From positions 116,352-180,351 of the forward strand of contig LCDA01000001.1 in NCBI GenBank assembly GCA_000998275.1: 64,000 nucleotides of DNA, given 5' to 3'. This DNA comes from Candidatus Collierbacteria bacterium GW2011_GWA2_42_17. GTDB taxonomy: Bacteria; Patescibacteriota; Microgenomatia; UBA1400; MFAQ01. Positions 1 to 9,015 of the stretch are shown here, one piece after another; position 1 is the stretch's first letter; the number at the start of each line of letters is the position of its first letter. The notes beneath the pieces are model-generated. The model was given only the letters and a program-made list of their open reading frames with translations. It was not told where the DNA came from and did no database searches. The translations under genes and the position numbers were made by a program.

Positions 1-793
1 TGCTACTTTGGGAAGTCAGACTTTTACGGGACTAAATAGCTTAAGAATTGAACCTCCAATCGTCATAACTCTTTCGGGAAGTAAAACCGCCTTTAAAAAC
101 GAAACTGCAAACGTGGCGGGAACTTACACACTAACGTCTGAAATGAGTTCCGTGTCTAAGAGTCAAATATACGTTTATTCAATTTCGCTGACAAATACAA
201 GTACAGTTAATGCCACCGGTGTAGTGATCAAAGACTCACTAAAGGACATACCGGTTACGTTCATGGATGCCAGTGCCGGATGTACTTGGAGTGCAACAGA
301 TACGGAGCTAACGTGTAATACCACGATTAGCCCTGCCGAAACAAAGAAGTTTAATTTTAGAGTAAAAGCTAGCGAGGGGATAGCAAATGGCACAGTAATT
401 ACTAATACCGGAAAGGTTACCTTCCCCAATGGGTCGATGGACTTAGTTAAAGACTTAACCGTGAGTACGGTAGTTGGATGTAACAATACTTGTACTACAA
501 ACGCCGAGTGTGCAACCGGACTAACCTGTGACACCACAACGAGTAAATGCCGAACCGCTGCCTGTTTAACCGAAGATACCTGTACCTGTGCAGTTGCAGC
601 TCAAACTGTCGTAGTCACTTCTGCACCGACGATATCCGCACCAACGCCGACACAGACAGTGATTGCGGTAGTAACAACAGCAACACCAACGCCGACAGTC
701 CTTCCGGAAGCGGGTATTTTTGACCTTCCAGGAATTGCGGCCTTTGGCGGAGGACTACTGCTAGCGGTTGTAGGAATTCTGTTAGCCTTGTAA
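1..793 (+). CDS. Surface protein, 5'-truncated by the window: DUF11-like Ig domain, Cys-rich module, PT-rich linker, LPEAG motif plus C-terminal TM
   Basis: 'YSISLTNTSTVNATGVVIKDSL...GTVITNTG' is DUF11-like; Cys cluster CNNTC..C..C..C..C..CTC; ends LPEAG + hydrophobic helix. Confidence 0.65.
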   Translation, partial: ATLGSQTFTGLNSLRIEPPIVITLSGSKTAFKNETANVAGTYTLTSEMSSVSKSQIYVYSISLTNTSTVNATGVVIKDSLKDIPVTFMDASAGCTWSATDTELTCNTTISPAETKKFNFRVKASEGIANGTVITNTGKVTFPNGSMDLVKDLTVSTVVGCNNTCTTNAECATGLTCDTTTSKCRTAACLTEDTCTCAVAAQTVVVTSAPTISAPTPTQTVIAVVTTATPTPTVLPEAGIFDLPGIAAFGGGLLLAVVGILLAL

Positions 794-795
794 AT

Positions 796-2052
796 ATGAA
801 GATTGCCGTAATTGGGGGCGGTTTTACCGGACTTGCCTGTGCCCTGGCTCTTGTTGAAAAAGGAGTTGATGTGGTTTTGTATGAAGAAGCGAGCACCTTG
901 GGTGGATTAGCCGGAGGAGTACGTAAAAATAACTGGAAATGGAGCTTGGAGTATTTTTACCATCATATTTTTACAAACGATAGAGAGATTCTAGGGTTGG
1001 CCAAGGATGTGGAAGCGGAGACATTGATTAAAAACCCGGTAACGACGAGTTTCCTTAACAAAAAGGAGGTTCAACTTGATTCTCCCCTTTCTGTTTTAAA
1101 GTTTTCAGGTTTGAGTGTTTTTGGTAGATTAAGAATGGGTGTGGGTTTGGCAATTTTGAAGTTAATTCCAAACGGTTTGTTTCTTGAAAAATACAGAGTG
1201 GTGGATCTACTACCCCGATTAATTGGCAAGGAAGGGTATCGAGTTATTTGGGAGAAACTTCTGAAGGCAAAGTTTGGACCGTTTGCCTCTACCGTAAACA
1301 TGTCTTGGTTTTGGACTAGAGTCGCTAAAAGAACCAAAAATTTGGGATACTTTGAAGGAGGGTTCCAAAAATTGGTAGAAAAAACCGGTGAAAAAATCAT
1401 CAAGCTAGGCGGAGAAATCATACTAGAAAGGAAGATTAAAAGAGTTGAAAAAAAAGAGAGTGGTAAGTGGCTTGTTGACGATACCGATTTCGATGGAGTG
1501 GTCATGACAGTGCCCGCACCAGTGATGGAAAAAATATTGGATGTGGAAATGGATCCTTTTCCAAAGATTTCGTACCTATGGGGACAGACTGTGATGTTGG
1601 AAATAAACCAGAGGTTAATAAACGGCTATTGGATGAATGTTTTGGAAAAGAACTGGCCATTTTTGGTAGTGGTGGAACACACCAATATGATTGATAAAAA
1701 ATATTATGGAAACAACAGAGTTTTGTACCTAGGAAATTACTTGCCGGAAGACAGTAAACAACTAAAAATGTCTAAGGAGGATTTGATTACTATGTACCTT
1801 CCTTATTTGCGAAAAGTGAACCGACTTTTTAGAAAAAAATGGATTAAGAGTGTGGCCGTTTTCCGCAAACCTTTTGCTCAACCGGTTTTTCCGGTGAATT
1901 ATTCAAAAGAGTTACCAAAGATAAAGACTAAATACAAGGGGCTATATTTGGCTAACATGAGTATGGTTTATCCGTTTGATCGAGGAACAAACTATGCCGT
2001 GAAGATGGGAAATGACGTCGCCAAACAAATACTAAGCGACTTAAAACAGTAG
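796..2052 (+). CDS. FAD-dependent oxidoreductase (amine oxidase/protoporphyrinogen oxidase-like fold)
   Basis: N-terminal Rossmann motif IAVIGGGFTGL, 'LGGLA' GG motif, 'LEYFYHHIF'. Confidence 0.8.
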   Translation: MKIAVIGGGFTGLACALALVEKGVDVVLYEEASTLGGLAGGVRKNNWKWSLEYFYHHIFTNDREILGLAKDVEAETLIKNPVTTSFLNKKEVQLDSPLSVLKFSGLSVFGRLRMGVGLAILKLIPNGLFLEKYRVVDLLPRLIGKEGYRVIWEKLLKAKFGPFASTVNMSWFWTRVAKRTKNLGYFEGGFQKLVEKTGEKIIKLGGEIILERKIKRVEKKESGKWLVDDTDFDGVVMTVPAPVMEKILDVEMDPFPKISYLWGQTVMLEINQRLINGYWMNVLEKNWPFLVVVEHTNMIDKKYYGNNRVLYLGNYLPEDSKQLKMSKEDLITMYLPYLRKVNRLFRKKWIKSVAVFRKPFAQPVFPVNYSKELPKIKTKYKGLYLANMSMVYPFDRGTNYAVKMGNDVAKQILSDLKQ

Positions 2053-2053
2053 T

Positions 2054-4009
2054 ATGTGGAGCGTCGATCTGACAACAATCCTCAAAACCTACATCATCAG
2101 CCTTGGCTTACAGTTTTTGATCTGGCCTTTAATCAAAAAGTATTTTTCTAAACTACCGGATCAGGGTTGGGCTTTGGGTAGAGTACTTATCACCCTGATG
2201 GCAGCTCTTTTGATTTGGCAGTTGAGTTACCTGGGAATTGCGGAAAATAATAACGGGAAACTATTCGCAATTTTAGCTTTATTTGGTCTTTTAAGCCTGT
2301 GGCAGATTATTACTCATGGGGTAAAGGCATTCACTGTGGCAAAAACGACGGCTAAAATAATCGCCATTGAAGAGTATCTTTTTTTGGTCGGGTTTGGGGT
2401 GATGGCTTTGATTCGAGCACATGCACCGAGTTTGGATAGCCTGGAAAAATTTATGGATTTTGGTTTTCTGAAGCAGTATTTATTGTCACCTACCTTACCG
2501 GCTCCGGATATGTGGCAGGCTGGACAGACAATTAATTACTACTCTTTTGGACATTTTTGGGCAAGTATTTGGTTAAGAATTTGGGGAGTAGCACCGGCGG
2601 TGGGTTACAACTTGATGTTAGCCTTTATCTTTGGTACTTCGATGAGTTTGGTATTTTTAGTATGTGTAACACTCGCGGGAAACAAAAGTTCTAAAGCGGC
2701 GACATTCGGGGGAATAATTGGTGCCTTGGGAGTGATGGTGGCCGGAAACAGTCATGTAATCTGGTATCTAATTAAGAACAGGAGCCTTGATAATTATTGG
2801 TATGCTGAAGCCACTAGATTCATCCACAATACCATTCATGAGTTTCCCAGTTATAGTTTTGTGGTTTCCGATTTGCATGGTCATGTACTAGATTTACCGA
2901 TTATTCTGACTTTTTTAGTAGTACTGTTTTCCTGGGTTGAAAATAAAAAAAGGGTTTATGAGATAGCGATAGGAGTATTGTTTGGAGTGATGATGATGAC
3001 CAACACCTGGGATGTGGCGGTTTATGGTTTGGTACTTTTGGTTTTGGGGGTACAGATGGTCGTAGCGGACATCGGGGAATTAAAAAAACTTTTGAAAACG
3101 GTGGGGGTAATGTTTGTGTCGTTTTTGTTGGTGGCTTTACCCTGGTGGTTGTCGTTTAGTTCGATTTCAAGTGGGGTGGAGGTAGTAACAGAAAGATCTC
3201 CTTTTTGGCAGTTATTGGTACTGTGGAGCGGAGGACTGGTTATTAATATTCTAGCGGTGATTATTGAAGGAAGAGGTGAGAAAAAAATAGTTATTCGAAC
3301 ACTGGCTCTAAGCGCCGTATTTCTGATTGCAATTCCGGAGTTTGTTTTTGCTCGAGACATTTACCCAAATCATCCAAGGGCAAATACCATGTTTAAACTA
3401 ACTTATCAGGCTTTTATTCTGATGGGGATTTTGTTGGGGGTCACTTTTGGAAGTTTATTAGATAGGGGTAGAAAAATTGTTCTGGGCTTGAGGGTCGTGG
3501 CAATATTTATTATTTTCTTTATCTTTGTGGGGACGATGAACTTCTCGTTTATAGCTTTCACCACTTACTATGGTGGTTTTTCAAATTATTATGGTTTGGA
3601 TGGTGAAAAATGGATGCAAACCAAAGTCCCGGAAAATTATGGAGCAGTGAAATACTTGAGGAAAAATATGAACGGAAAAAATATGGTTGAAGCAGTTGGT
3701 GATAGCTATACCCTATTTAATGTAGTGTCGGTATTTTCCGGAGTGCCGACGATTCAGGGTTGGCGGGTACACGAATGGTTATGGAGAGGTGGTTATAGCA
3801 TGGTGGCTTCCCGAGAAGCCGAGGTGAGAGAAATATATCAAGGAGTGAGTATTGAAAAAACAAAAGAAATACTTGATAAATACAACATTGGCTGGATATT
3901 GGTAGGTCTCGACGAAAAAATAACCTACAAGATTAATGAAGAAAAAATATGGCAACTGGGGGAGATGGTTTGGGAAGAAGGTGATACTTACTTAATTAAA
4001 GTCGAATAG
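2054..4009 (+). CDS. YYY-type (DUF2298/Chlor_Arch_YYY) polytopic membrane protein, putative GT-C glycosyltransferase
   Basis: Motifs EKFMDFGF, PDMWQAG..INYYSFGH, TIHEFPSYSF..DLHGH, NTWD, RANTMFK, GW..HEWLWR; many TM segments. Confidence 0.8.
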   Translation: MWSVDLTTILKTYIISLGLQFLIWPLIKKYFSKLPDQGWALGRVLITLMAALLIWQLSYLGIAENNNGKLFAILALFGLLSLWQIITHGVKAFTVAKTTAKIIAIEEYLFLVGFGVMALIRAHAPSLDSLEKFMDFGFLKQYLLSPTLPAPDMWQAGQTINYYSFGHFWASIWLRIWGVAPAVGYNLMLAFIFGTSMSLVFLVCVTLAGNKSSKAATFGGIIGALGVMVAGNSHVIWYLIKNRSLDNYWYAEATRFIHNTIHEFPSYSFVVSDLHGHVLDLPIILTFLVVLFSWVENKKRVYEIAIGVLFGVMMMTNTWDVAVYGLVLLVLGVQMVVADIGELKKLLKTVGVMFVSFLLVALPWWLSFSSISSGVEVVTERSPFWQLLVLWSGGLVINILAVIIEGRGEKKIVIRTLALSAVFLIAIPEFVFARDIYPNHPRANTMFKLTYQAFILMGILLGVTFGSLLDRGRKIVLGLRVVAIFIIFFIFVGTMNFSFIAFTTYYGGFSNYYGLDGEKWMQTKVPENYGAVKYLRKNMNGKNMVEAVGDSYTLFNVVSVFSGVPTIQGWRVHEWLWRGGYSMVASREAEVREIYQGVSIEKTKEILDKYNIGWILVGLDEKITYKINEEKIWQLGEMVWEEGDTYLIKVE

Positions 4010-5080
4010 CTATTGCTTGCCCTTGAGAAGATTGTCCAGATATTTTTTTAGAGCAGACCAGTTGTTATCTTTGGGAATGAGGACCCACTCACCCTTGAAC
4101 TGATTAACGGGCGGATTATATAGAATGGTGATGCCGTTTTCATCCGGCTGGTCGGAAAAAGTAACCGATTTCACCGGATTATTTCTAGTATCGAGAGCAA
4201 TTTTAGCCAAAGTTGGATAAAGCTCACTACCCAGATTGGTGATGAGATTACGATTGAGAATCTCGAAGAAGACATCAAGCTTGTTTTTGTCCAGGAGAAA
4301 GGCAGGGGTGAGTATTTTTTGACGAAGGGCGGAGATGACTGACTGTTGACGACGAGAACGGGCAAAATCGGTGCCTTCGTCCCCTGTCGAGTGACGGGAG
4401 CGGACAAATTTGAGGGCCATTTCGCCATTTAGATGAGCCGAGCCGGTGGCAAAAGTTATGGTTTCATATCTATCAGAGATAGGTATCGCATTTTCCTTGC
4501 CGAGAATAGGAAATTCAGTGTCGGAGAACCCTGGATTAATATCAACGTCAATGCCACCAAGGAGATCAATCGTTTCCTTAAAAATGGTGAAGTTTATTAT
4601 GGCGGTGTAATGAATCGGGATACCTAGATCTTCGAGAATAGCAGCTTCGGACATTTGAATTCCGGCAGGGGGGTCCTTTTGTTCACCGTAGTAATAGGCG
4701 GTGTTTATTTTTGCTTGAAGTGAGGGTACCCAAAGATCGCGAGGGACACTAATCATGGTTGGAGTTTTGGTTTCATGATTGTAGGAAATGACGATGATAG
4801 TGTCGGCAAGATTTGGTGAGTCAGTGCCTTCACCCCTAATGCCGAGAATTAAAAAATTAGTAATTCCATTGGTATTGTCGAGATTTTCTACCGGTGTTCC
4901 AAAAAAACTTAAAAGGTCTTGGGGGTTAAGGTGAAATCTTGAGAGAAGGCTTAGCCCTTGTGCGCCTAAAAATCCCAGTCCGACAATAAAGAGAGAGGTA
5001 AAAATAATTACGAGATGACGTCTGACAAAGGAAACGAAGCGAATGAGAACTCTGGCAGGTCTGATGTGGGCTAATTTCAT
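4010..5080 (-). CDS. LytR-CpsA-Psr (LCP) family protein
   Basis: N-terminal TM; ADTII, SVPRDLWV, KINTAY, ALKFVRSRH, DFARSRRQQ. Confidence 0.92.
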   Translation of the reverse strand: MKLAHIRPARVLIRFVSFVRRHLVIIFTSLFIVGLGFLGAQGLSLLSRFHLNPQDLLSFFGTPVENLDNTNGITNFLILGIRGEGTDSPNLADTIIVISYNHETKTPTMISVPRDLWVPSLQAKINTAYYYGEQKDPPAGIQMSEAAILEDLGIPIHYTAIINFTIFKETIDLLGGIDVDINPGFSDTEFPILGKENAIPISDRYETITFATGSAHLNGEMALKFVRSRHSTGDEGTDFARSRRQQSVISALRQKILTPAFLLDKNKLDVFFEILNRNLITNLGSELYPTLAKIALDTRNNPVKSVTFSDQPDENGITILYNPPVNQFKGEWVLIPKDNNWSALKKYLDNLLKGKQ

Positions 5081-5773
5081 TTAGATAAGACTGTTGATGA
5101 TTCCGGCAAAAAGAGTTGGCTCAAGGCTATCGGTACCAACCAGGACTCCGTCGATGCGACTTTGATCTACAAAAGATTTGACGTTGTCGGCGGTGACCGA
5201 ACCACCATAGAGAACTGGGGCGACATTGTCCAGTAGAAAACCAATCTGGTTGGTGGTGTGGTTGGCTTCGACTGGATCCAGGGGGTGGCCAGTACCAATA
5301 GCGGCGATTGGTTCATAGACAAAGAAACAACGGGAAACGTCGATGTTGTTCTGAAAAAGTTCTTTTATTTGTTCATCCAGGTATGGTAGATCAAGACAAA
5401 CTATGGGAGTGATGGAGTTTTCCAGAAGAAGCTTGGCTTTTTCGGCTACCATCTGGCTTGTCTCGTTAAAATCACGGCGACGCTCCGAGTGTCCAACGAT
5501 ACAGTAGCTGACAAGTTCTCCAAGCATGTTGGCGGTAATTTCGCCGGTATGTTTTCCGGGAGCAAGATGGGAAACGTCTTGGGCACCGGTGATAATAGGG
5601 ATATTAAGATCGGCAATTTTATGATTAAAAGCGGCGATGTCGGTGAAGGGAAGGCAAAGAATAATGGCGATATCGGCAGGAAATTTTGGCTTAAGGGCAT
5701 GAATCCCATCAATCCAAATTAAGGACTCGGTGAGATTCTGATTACTTTTCCAGTTGCCAATAACGTACTTCAT
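5081..5773 (-). CDS. tpiA: Triosephosphate isomerase
   Basis: GNWK, GAQDVS, TGEIT, VGHSERR, YEP..AIGTG, VLYGGSV; start moved to ATG 5773. Confidence 0.95.
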   Translation of the reverse strand: MKYVIGNWKSNQNLTESLIWIDGIHALKPKFPADIAIILCLPFTDIAAFNHKIADLNIPIITGAQDVSHLAPGKHTGEITANMLGELVSYCIVGHSERRRDFNETSQMVAEKAKLLLENSITPIVCLDLPYLDEQIKELFQNNIDVSRCFFVYEPIAAIGTGHPLDPVEANHTTNQIGFLLDNVAPVLYGGSVTADNVKSFVDQSRIDGVLVGTDSLEPTLFAGIINSLI

Positions 5774-5818
5774 GGTTTGAGTCAATTATATGCTAACTTT
5801 CTACTACAATATATTGGC

Positions 5819-7735
5819 ATGGATGATTTTTTAAAAGGACTAAACGAAGAACAAAGGGAGGCGGTGACTTATGGAAAAGGGCCGCTTTTGATTTTGGCGG
5901 GTGCTGGTTCTGGAAAAACGAGGGTGTTGACGTACAGAACAACGTATCTAATCAAAAAAATGGGAATTGGTCCGGAAAAAGTTGCCTTACTGACTTTTAC
6001 AAATAAAGCGGCTGAAGAGATGAGACAAAGGGTAAAAAATTTGGGTGGAGAAGCTGGGTCATTGGGTTTTGCGGGGACATTTCACACTTTTTGTGCCAAA
6101 TTATTGCGAGAATATGGTCAAAATGTGGCGGTAATGCCAAATTACGTCATCTTTGATAGCGACGACTCCGAAGCGGTGATGAAAAAAGTGCTTAAGGAGA
6201 TGGGTATTGATCCAAAGGAATCAAAACCCGGAATGTTTTTGGCTGTGATTAGTAGAATGAAGAATGATTTGGTGAGTGTGACCGAAGCAGAAACTAAAGC
6301 GAGTGATTATTTTCGCCGATTAGTGGTGAAGATATGGAAAGCCTATCAGGACAAACTGAAGAAAAATAATGCGGTAGATTTTGATGATCTAGTGGTTAAG
6401 GCTGTAGAACTTTTGAAAATCAACCGGATCAGAGAAGAGATAAATGAAAAACTGGAATGGATTTTGGTAGATGAGTATCAAGACACCAACAGAGCACAGT
6501 TTGAGATAACCAGACTACTGGCGGGAAAAAAACAAAATATTACGGCTGTGGGGGACGCTGCCCAGGCGATTTATTCTTTCCGCGGAGCTGATTACCGAAA
6601 CCTGGTTTTGTTTAAGACAGAGTATCCAAAGGCAGCAATGGTAAATCTACCGATGAACTATCGAAGTACTCAAAATATTCTGGATACCGCCTATGGGGTG
6701 ATCAGTCATAACACTACGCACCCCACTTTACATTTGGAAACAGTAGAGGGATCGGGTGAGATGGTGAATTTTTTTGAGGCGGGAGACGAACGGGATGAGG
6801 CAAAATATATCGTAGAACAAGGGCGAAAAACAGCGGAAGAAGATGGCGCCGTAGCAATACTTTACCGAACAAATGCTCAGTCACGTGCCTTTGAGGACGA
6901 GTTGATGCGACGAGATATTCCCTACAAACTAGTGGGGGGTTTACGATTTTATAACCGAGCCGAAATTAAAGATCTAGTTGCCTATTTACGGGTACTGAAT
7001 AATCCGAAAGAAGAAATTAGTCGGATAAGAATTGAAAAACTAGGGAAAAGAAGAGCCGAGGTTTTTGATAAATGGCTTGAGCAAAAAACAGATGATGAGA
7101 AACAAGAAAATCCGGGAAGGCTCTTGGAGGAGATTATTAATGTCGTTGGTTTCTTGGAAAGATTTGACGAACGGGATGAGGACGATGCGGCACGAATTGA
7201 AAACATCAATGAACTCTTGGCCGTGGCGTCGGACTACAAAAGTGTGGAGAAATTTTTGGAGAGTGCGGCCTTGTCTGAGTCGGAGATTAAACAACATAAA
7301 TCAAACGCGAAAATTACGCTGATGACAGTGCATGCCGCTAAGGGACTGGAGTTTGAAAACGTGTTTGTGGTGGGACTAGAAGAAGGATTATTCCCCCATT
7401 CACGATCGATGCTTTCCGGAGAGAAAGAGGAAATTGAAGAGGAGCGACGTCTTATTTATGTAGCGATGACACGAGCAAAAAGAAGGCTAACTTTATCTTG
7501 GGCACGAAATAGACTAGTTTTTGGTGGGCGTCATTCTTCGATACCGTCAAGATTTTTGTCCGAAGTTCCGGAGCGACTGTTAAAAAAGGTGGGTGGGGTG
7601 CAGGAAGTCGAGAGAAAAATGTCTAAACCTTTAGCAGAGATTGATGAGTTTGGAGAGAAGAAAAGAATTATTGTCCAAGACTGGGAGATAGCAGAGGCAA
7701 CCAAAGATGATTTTGCCGAGATTGATAATTGGTAG
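5819..7735 (+). CDS. pcrA: ATP-dependent DNA helicase PcrA/UvrD
   Basis: AGAGSGKT, TFTNKAA, LVDEYQD, QAIYSFRGA, NYRST, MTVHAAKGLEF, EERRL.YVAMTRA. Confidence 0.93.
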   Translation: MDDFLKGLNEEQREAVTYGKGPLLILAGAGSGKTRVLTYRTTYLIKKMGIGPEKVALLTFTNKAAEEMRQRVKNLGGEAGSLGFAGTFHTFCAKLLREYGQNVAVMPNYVIFDSDDSEAVMKKVLKEMGIDPKESKPGMFLAVISRMKNDLVSVTEAETKASDYFRRLVVKIWKAYQDKLKKNNAVDFDDLVVKAVELLKINRIREEINEKLEWILVDEYQDTNRAQFEITRLLAGKKQNITAVGDAAQAIYSFRGADYRNLVLFKTEYPKAAMVNLPMNYRSTQNILDTAYGVISHNTTHPTLHLETVEGSGEMVNFFEAGDERDEAKYIVEQGRKTAEEDGAVAILYRTNAQSRAFEDELMRRDIPYKLVGGLRFYNRAEIKDLVAYLRVLNNPKEEISRIRIEKLGKRRAEVFDKWLEQKTDDEKQENPGRLLEEIINVVGFLERFDERDEDDAARIENINELLAVASDYKSVEKFLESAALSESEIKQHKSNAKITLMTVHAAKGLEFENVFVVGLEEGLFPHSRSMLSGEKEEIEEERRLIYVAMTRAKRRLTLSWARNRLVFGGRHSSIPSRFLSEVPERLLKKVGGVQEVERKMSKPLAEIDEFGEKKRIIVQDWEIAEATKDDFAEIDNW

Positions 7736-7751
7736 ATTGGCAAATTGAGAC

Positions 7752-7778
7752 AAAAAAGGCGGTGAGATGATCACCGCC
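7752..7778 (-). terminator. Intrinsic terminator (minus strand)
   Basis: Minus strand GGCGGTGA-TCATC-TCACCGCC followed by TTTTTT. Confidence 0.8.
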
Positions 7779-7786
7779 AAGGAAAA

Positions 7787-7912
7787 TTACTCCCGATCTA
7801 CGAAAAGATATTTCCAGAATTTCTTAAGAAAATTCCAGAATGAAAGGCAAAAGTTTCTGTTAATTATCAAGCCATTTTCCTCAAGTAGATCTTCCAGCTC
7901 AGAGTCTCTCAA
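7787..7912 (-). CDS. Small protein, 41 aa (MRDSELEDLLEENGLIINRNFCLSFWNFLKKFWKYLFVDRE), not in the ORF track
   Basis: TTG start 4 nt after GAGGAGG; perfect promoter upstream; terminator immediately downstream. Confidence 0.7.
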   Translation of the reverse strand: MRDSELEDLLEENGLIINRNFCLSFWNFLKKFWKYLFVDRE

Positions 7913-7946
7913 GATGCCTCCTCAGGGTTTGGATTGAATTGGGCTG

Positions 7947-7976
7947 ATTATAAAGGTTGAGGTATATTATTGTCAA
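7947..7976 (-). promoter_or_regulatory. Consensus sigma70 promoter for the small gene
   Basis: TTGACA (7976-7971), 18-nt spacer, TATAAT (7952-7947). Confidence 0.75.
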
Positions 7977-7998
7977 AAAAACAGGATAAAATAGAGAA

Positions 7999-9015
7999 GT
8001 GATTAAAGGAATTTCCGAAATTAATAGACGAAATTTTGACAAAGCGGCAAAACATCCGTTGCAGTCGTGGGCGTGGGGTGAGTTCCGTAAAAAAACCGGT
8101 GTGGGTTTGTCTCGGTTTGGTTTTGGGAAAAAAAGTATTGAGGATGTTTTTCAAATTACTTGGCACCGTATCCCGTATACCAAGTTTTGTATTGGATATT
8201 GTCCAAAATCGACAATCCCAAATAAGGAAGAAGTAACGATGATAAAAGCCGAGGCAGAAAAAAGAGGCGCCATTTTTGTCAAGTTTGAACCAAATGAAAA
8301 AATAAATACGGAGACGGAAAAGAAAATAATTGCATTGGAAAAAGAATTTAACTTCGTAAAAGGTAAACCTCTTTTTACCAAGTATACTTTTCAACTGGAT
8401 ATTTCCAAAAGCGAGGAGGAACTTTTGAAAAATATGCACCAGAAGACGAGATATAATTTGCGTTTGGCAGAAAAAAGGGGGGTGGAAATAATTGAGGATA
8501 GCAGCGAAGTGGGTTTTGAAGATTATTGGAAACTAATGGAGGAGACTACTAAACGACAGGGTTTTTTTGCCCACGGAAAGGAGTATCACTGCAAGATGTG
8601 GCAGACGATGACCGAGTCGGGAATGGGCCACCTTTTTAAGGCAGTTTATGAAGGAAAAACACTAACAGCGTGGATGGTTTTTATATTGAATGACACAATT
8701 TATTATCCTTACGGTGCTTCGAGTAATGAGAATCGAGAAGTAATGGCGAGTAATTTGATGATGTGGGAAGTAATCCGCTATGGCAAGAAACAGGGTTGCC
8801 GTTTATTTGATATGTGGGGTAGTCTGGGACCGACACCAGATATAAAGGATCCATGGTACGGATTTCATAAGTTTAAACAGGGATATGGTGCGGAGTTGGT
8901 CGAGTTTTTGGGAAGTTTTGATTTGGTAGTTAAACCAACCTTGTATAAGCTTTATGGACTGACGGATAGGTTGCGATGGGTGGGACTAAAGTTACTGGCA
9001 GGGCTGAGAAAATAA
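7999..9015 (+). CDS. FemABX-family peptidoglycan bridge aminoacyltransferase
   Basis: HPLQSWAWGEF, KTRYNLRLAEKRGV, YPYGAS, NLMMWE, FDMWG, GFHKFKQGYG. Confidence 0.9.
   Translation: MIKGISEINRRNFDKAAKHPLQSWAWGEFRKKTGVGLSRFGFGKKSIEDVFQITWHRIPYTKFCIGYCPKSTIPNKEEVTMIKAEAEKRGAIFVKFEPNEKINTETEKKIIALEKEFNFVKGKPLFTKYTFQLDISKSEEELLKNMHQKTRYNLRLAEKRGVEIIEDSSEVGFEDYWKLMEETTKRQGFFAHGKEYHCKMWQTMTESGMGHLFKAVYEGKTLTAWMVFILNDTIYYPYGASSNENREVMASNLMMWEVIRYGKKQGCRLFDMWGSLGPTPDIKDPWYGFHKFKQGYGAELVEFLGSFDLVVKPTLYKLYGLTDRLRWVGLKLLAGLRK

Noticed and set aside
636-700. Repeated ACCAACGCCGACA and other PTPT-coding repeats (also near 25300 and 32100)
   Set aside because: Pro/Thr linker coding, not CRISPR or a mobile repeat
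7948-8439. 163-aa minus-strand ORF
   Set aside because: Overlaps femAB antisense and runs across the promoter of the small gene; no recognisable features
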